DNA from: Longimicrobiales bacterium
Lineage (GTDB): Bacteria > Gemmatimonadota > Gemmatimonadetes > Longimicrobiales > Gaopeijiaceae
Reading direction: 5' to 3'
NCBI GenBank assembly: GCA_965202805.1
Contig: OZ241869.1
Coordinates: 1,248,001-1,312,000, forward strand
DNA: 64,000 nucleotides
Shown: piece by piece, positions 60,946 to 64,000 of the stretch
Numbering within the stretch: position 1 is the first letter of the stretch
Layout: every line of letters starts with the position of its first letter
Program-made: the position numbers and the translations under genes
Notes under the pieces: model-generated
Database searches by the model: none
Told to the model about the DNA's origin: nothing
Seen by the model: only the letters and a program-made list of their open reading frames with translations

Positions 60946-62172
60946 CTACCCCGGCATCCTCCGGAACAGCCTAAGCACCGACGAGAACGCCAGCGCGTAC
61001 ATCACAGCCCCCAGCAGGAACGGCGCGCCCGGAAGCTCGATCGGCGCGCTCGCCGAGGTGAAGTAGCTGAATAGCCCCGCGGTGAAGATCAGGGGCGCAA
61101 CGATGCTGGTGAGGCTCATCAGGGACTGGATGCCGCCCTGCACCTTGCCCTGGTCCTCGGGAGGGACGGCGCCGGCCACCAGGCTCTGGATGGCAGGGCC
61201 CGCGACGCCCGAGATCGAACCGAAGACGATGCACGCGAGCAGCATCCACCCCGCCGTGGCCAAGCCGTAGCCCAGGAAGGTGACGACCGCCCAGACGAGG
61301 CCGTACAGGATCGCCCGGCGCTCGCCGATTCGCTTGATGACCGGCTGGACCAGTCCGCCCTGGACGATCGCGGACATGATCCCCACCAGGGCCAGCGACA
61401 GCCCGTTCGCCCGCTCGTCCCACCCGAACTTGTGACCGGTGTAGAGAACCCAGACGGTCTCGAGGCCGCGCTGGGCCAGAATGACGAAGACGAATGCGGC
61501 GGTCAGCCCCGCGACCAGCGGATACGACTTCAGCACGTGCAGGCTTCCCACCGGGTTGGCCTTGCGCCAGTTGAAGGCGTCGCGCTTCTCCGGGGGAAGC
61601 GATTCCGGCAGGACGAAGAAGCCGTACAGCCAGTTCACCAGCGCGAGTCCCGCCGAGGCGAAGAACGGCAGCCGCAGATCGATGCTTCCGAGCAGGCCGC
61701 CGATGGCGGGGCCGAAGATGAAGCCGAGCCCGAACGCCACGCCGATGAGCCCGAAGTTCCGGGCCCGGTTCTCGGGCTTCGAGACGTCGGCGATGTAGGC
61801 GTTTGCGGTGGTGGCGCTGGCCCCCATCACGCCGGCGATGAGGCGGCCCGCGAAGAGCCAGCCCAGCGTCGGCGCGAAGCCCATGATGAGGTAGTCGATC
61901 CCGAGCCCGAAGAGGGAGATGAGGATCACGGGCCGGCGGCCCACGCGGTCCGAAAGCGCTCCCAGCAGGGGCGCGAAGAAGAACTGCGTCACGGCGTAGG
62001 TGGCCGCGAGGATGCCGTACCAGCGCCCGGCCAGCGCGGCGCTCCCTCCGGCGAACTCCCTGATCAGTTCCGGGAGGATGGGGATGATGATCCCGATCCC
62101 CAGCATGTCGATGAAGACCGTGATGAGGATGAAGACCATCGCGGCCTTGCGGCGCGATCCGCTGGCCTTCAC
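60946..62172 (-). CDS. TCR/Tet-family (DHA1) MFS efflux transporter
   Basis: IDMLGIGIIIPILP, motif A LGALSDRVGRRPV, GRLIAG, AYIADVS..ENRARNFG, motif C GFIFGPAIGG, LPESL. Confidence 0.9.
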   Translation of the reverse strand: MKASGSRRKAAMVFILITVFIDMLGIGIIIPILPELIREFAGGSAALAGRWYGILAATYAVTQFFFAPLLGALSDRVGRRPVILISLFGLGIDYLIMGFAPTLGWLFAGRLIAGVMGASATTANAYIADVSKPENRARNFGLIGVAFGLGFIFGPAIGGLLGSIDLRLPFFASAGLALVNWLYGFFVLPESLPPEKRDAFNWRKANPVGSLHVLKSYPLVAGLTAAFVFVILAQRGLETVWVLYTGHKFGWDERANGLSLALVGIMSAIVQGGLVQPVIKRIGERRAILYGLVWAVVTFLGYGLATAGWMLLACIVFGSISGVAGPAIQSLVAGAVPPEDQGKVQGGIQSLMSLTSIVAPLIFTAGLFSYFTSASAPIELPGAPFLLGAVMYALAFSSVLRLFRRMPG

Positions 62173-62225
62173 GGGGAGTTGACTGTCTCGGGGGTCGGGG
62201 ATGGCGCGCTACGCCGGGCCGGCCC

Positions 62226-64000
62226 TCAGCAGGACACGCAGTTGTTGTTGTTCTTCGACCCCAGCCGCTCCAGCAGTGCGATGGTGGACGGGAACGGCTG
62301 TACGCGCTGCACCGGACCGTTGGCCATGTCGGCGGTGGTCTGCCCCTTGCGGCTCAGCACGGTCACGTCCCCACCGTGCTCCACGAGATAGAGCACCAGC
62401 TCGTCGTCGCCCCGGGACGCGGCGTGATGGAGCGCGGTGTAGGCGTTGGCGTCGCGCACGTTGACGTCGGCGCCGGCCTCCTCCACCAGGAACTTCACCG
62501 CCGCGAGCCAGTTGTCGGGGACGTAGCGGTGCGCGTTGCCCGCGAAGGACTGGCCGTAGCCGACGCCGGAGGCCGCGTGGATCGGGTAGATCGCGGGTCC
62601 GCCGACGGGCACGGGCGGCACTCCGGAGAGATCCTCGTCGTCGCCGCCGCCGTAGCGTCCCCCGGGAGGAGGTCCGGGCTCGTCTTCGTCGGTCTCGCCC
62701 TCGGCGTTGGCAAGCGCGGGCCCCGCGGGCTCGTCCTCGCTGGCGGCCTGCTCACCGGGCTGACCCTCGGCTTCGTCACCGGTTTCGGCGGCTGGGGACC
62801 CTCCAGCGGCTGCCTCGCCCTCCCCGGCCTCGGCGCCCTCCGCACCAGCTTCACCCTCGGCCATCTCCTCGCCCTCCACAGCTTCCTCACCGGCCTCGGC
62901 GACCGCTTCCTCCGCCAGCGTCGGCTCCGGGGGCGGCGGGGGACGGCGCCGGCGGCGCTGGGGCGGCTTCATGGTGGGGATGTCGGGATCGGCCCCGTGC
63001 TCCATGAGCAGCCGCATCGCGTCGACATCGAGGGCGTAGGCGGCCCGCCAGAAGGGCGTCGCGCCCTGCAGGTTGATGCCGCTGCCGCGCAGCACGCCGA
63101 AGGTGTACTCCATGAACCAGAGGTGGGCCTTCAGGCGCACGTTGGGATCCGCCCCGGCTTCCAGCAGAGCTTCCAGCATGTCGAGGTGGGTCGCGTTCTG
63201 CCGCAGATGCTCGGTGGGGTGCGCGTACGACGCCCGGGGCGCCCACTGCCGCTCGAGCACCGCGAAGAGCGGGGTGGTGCCCGCCTTGCTCGCCAGGTTG
63301 GGGTCGGCGCCGCGCTCGAGCAGCGTGAAGGCCAGGTCGAACTGACCGTTCACGGACGCCATGAGGATCGGCGAGGTCCGGTCGCCGTCGGAAACCTGGT
63401 TGACGTCCGCGCCGGCGTCGAGCAGCGCCAGGGTCGCCTCCTCGTGACCCTGCCGGATCGCGTGCAGGAGGGGCGTCAGTCCGCCCCAGGCGCCCACCAT
63501 CTGGGCATAGGACATGGGACGCGGCTCTTCGTCCGGGCGCGGGTCCCCGTCGTCGTCACCAGCCGACTCGGCCTCGTTCCCCTCGGCTTCCTCCGATGCA
63601 TCGCCGGACTCGTCGCCTTCGCCGGACTCGTCGCGCTGCTCCGCCTCGCCGGACTCCTCGTCCTGTTCGGCGGCATCGTCTTCAGCTTCGGGCGCCGCGT
63701 CGGCCTCGGTCCCGGATTCTCCGCCCTCTTCCTCCTCCGCCTCGATCTGGCCTTCCTGGTTGGCCATGGTCCGCCCGTCGTTCGCCGGATCGGGCACGTC
63801 GGGCCACCTGCGCCGGATCTCGCGCGAGGCCTCGATGGCCGCCTGCACCTGGCTGGGCGTGGGCTGCCAGTCCGGGCCCCCGCCCTCCTTCTCCTTGAAG
63901 TCGGCCAGGAACTCGTTCAGGCGGCGCTCGGCGGCGGCATCCGCCCGCTCCTGCTCCGCCACGTCCACCGACCAGGCTGCGAGCGACAGGTCGGCGCCGG
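62226..64000 (-). CDS. Ankyrin-repeat protein with acidic low-complexity inserts (5' end outside the window)
   Basis: GLTPLLHAIRQGH, GTTPLFAVL, GATPFWRAA, YPIHAASG.GYG, YTALHHAASRG; paralogous to 34594-36546; frame stays open to the window edge. Confidence 0.9.
   Translation of the reverse strand, partial: GADLSLAAWSVDVAEQERADAAAERRLNEFLADFKEKEGGGPDWQPTPSQVQAAIEASREIRRRWPDVPDPANDGRTMANQEGQIEAEEEEGGESGTEADAAPEAEDDAAEQDEESGEAEQRDESGEGDESGDASEEAEGNEAESAGDDDGDPRPDEEPRPMSYAQMVGAWGGLTPLLHAIRQGHEEATLALLDAGADVNQVSDGDRTSPILMASVNGQFDLAFTLLERGADPNLASKAGTTPLFAVLERQWAPRASYAHPTEHLRQNATHLDMLEALLEAGADPNVRLKAHLWFMEYTFGVLRGSGINLQGATPFWRAAYALDVDAMRLLMEHGADPDIPTMKPPQRRRRRPPPPPEPTLAEEAVAEAGEEAVEGEEMAEGEAGAEGAEAGEGEAAAGGSPAAETGDEAEGQPGEQAASEDEPAGPALANAEGETDEDEPGPPPGGRYGGGDDEDLSGVPPVPVGGPAIYPIHAASGVGYGQSFAGNAHRYVPDNWLAAVKFLVEEAGADVNVRDANAYTALHHAASRGDDELVLYLVEHGGDVTVLSRKGQTTADMANGPVQRVQPFPSTIALLERLGSKNNNNCVSC

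Noticed and set aside
60946..62172. Acquired tetA resistance gene
   Set aside because: Host-like GC, no tetR and no mobile context; substrate cannot be inferred.

Overview
High-GC (about 70% in sampled coding lines), gene-dense bacterial chromosome segment. Gene content (SusC/SusD pair, DUF1592/DUF1552, ankyrin proteins, DUF4384, mfd-surA-pdxA-holB-moaC, guaB) suggests Gemmatimonadota, though this is inference only. I found about 40 CDS and no rRNA, tRNA, CRISPR array or intact mobile element. Highlights: (1) A 12-kb beta-1,3-glucan-type utilisation locus (4230-16327) without SusC/D. It is built as two convergent operons with matching TTGACA promoters and the same palindromic ROK-type operator. 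It encodes a lipoprotein with three tandem carbohydrate-binding-like repeats, a ROK repressor, GH16, GH3, a clan GH-A hydrolase fused to a probable outer-membrane beta-barrel, and an MFS sugar transporter whose periplasmic loop carries a circularly permuted copy of the lipoprotein repeat. (2) A selenoprotein the ORF track calls only in part (ArsC-like, UxxC, in-frame TGA plus SECIS-like hairpin), translationally coupled to mmuM. (3) A DUF1592 cytochrome c - SusC - SusD - DUF1552 - ankyrin operon. (4) A decayed island (58860-60945) with a 22-23 bp periodic repeat array, a doubly frameshifted HATPase_c_4/wHTH pseudogene and a low-GC ORF. There is also a MazF/PemK toxin remnant. Family assignments come from motif recognition by eye; no database searches were run.
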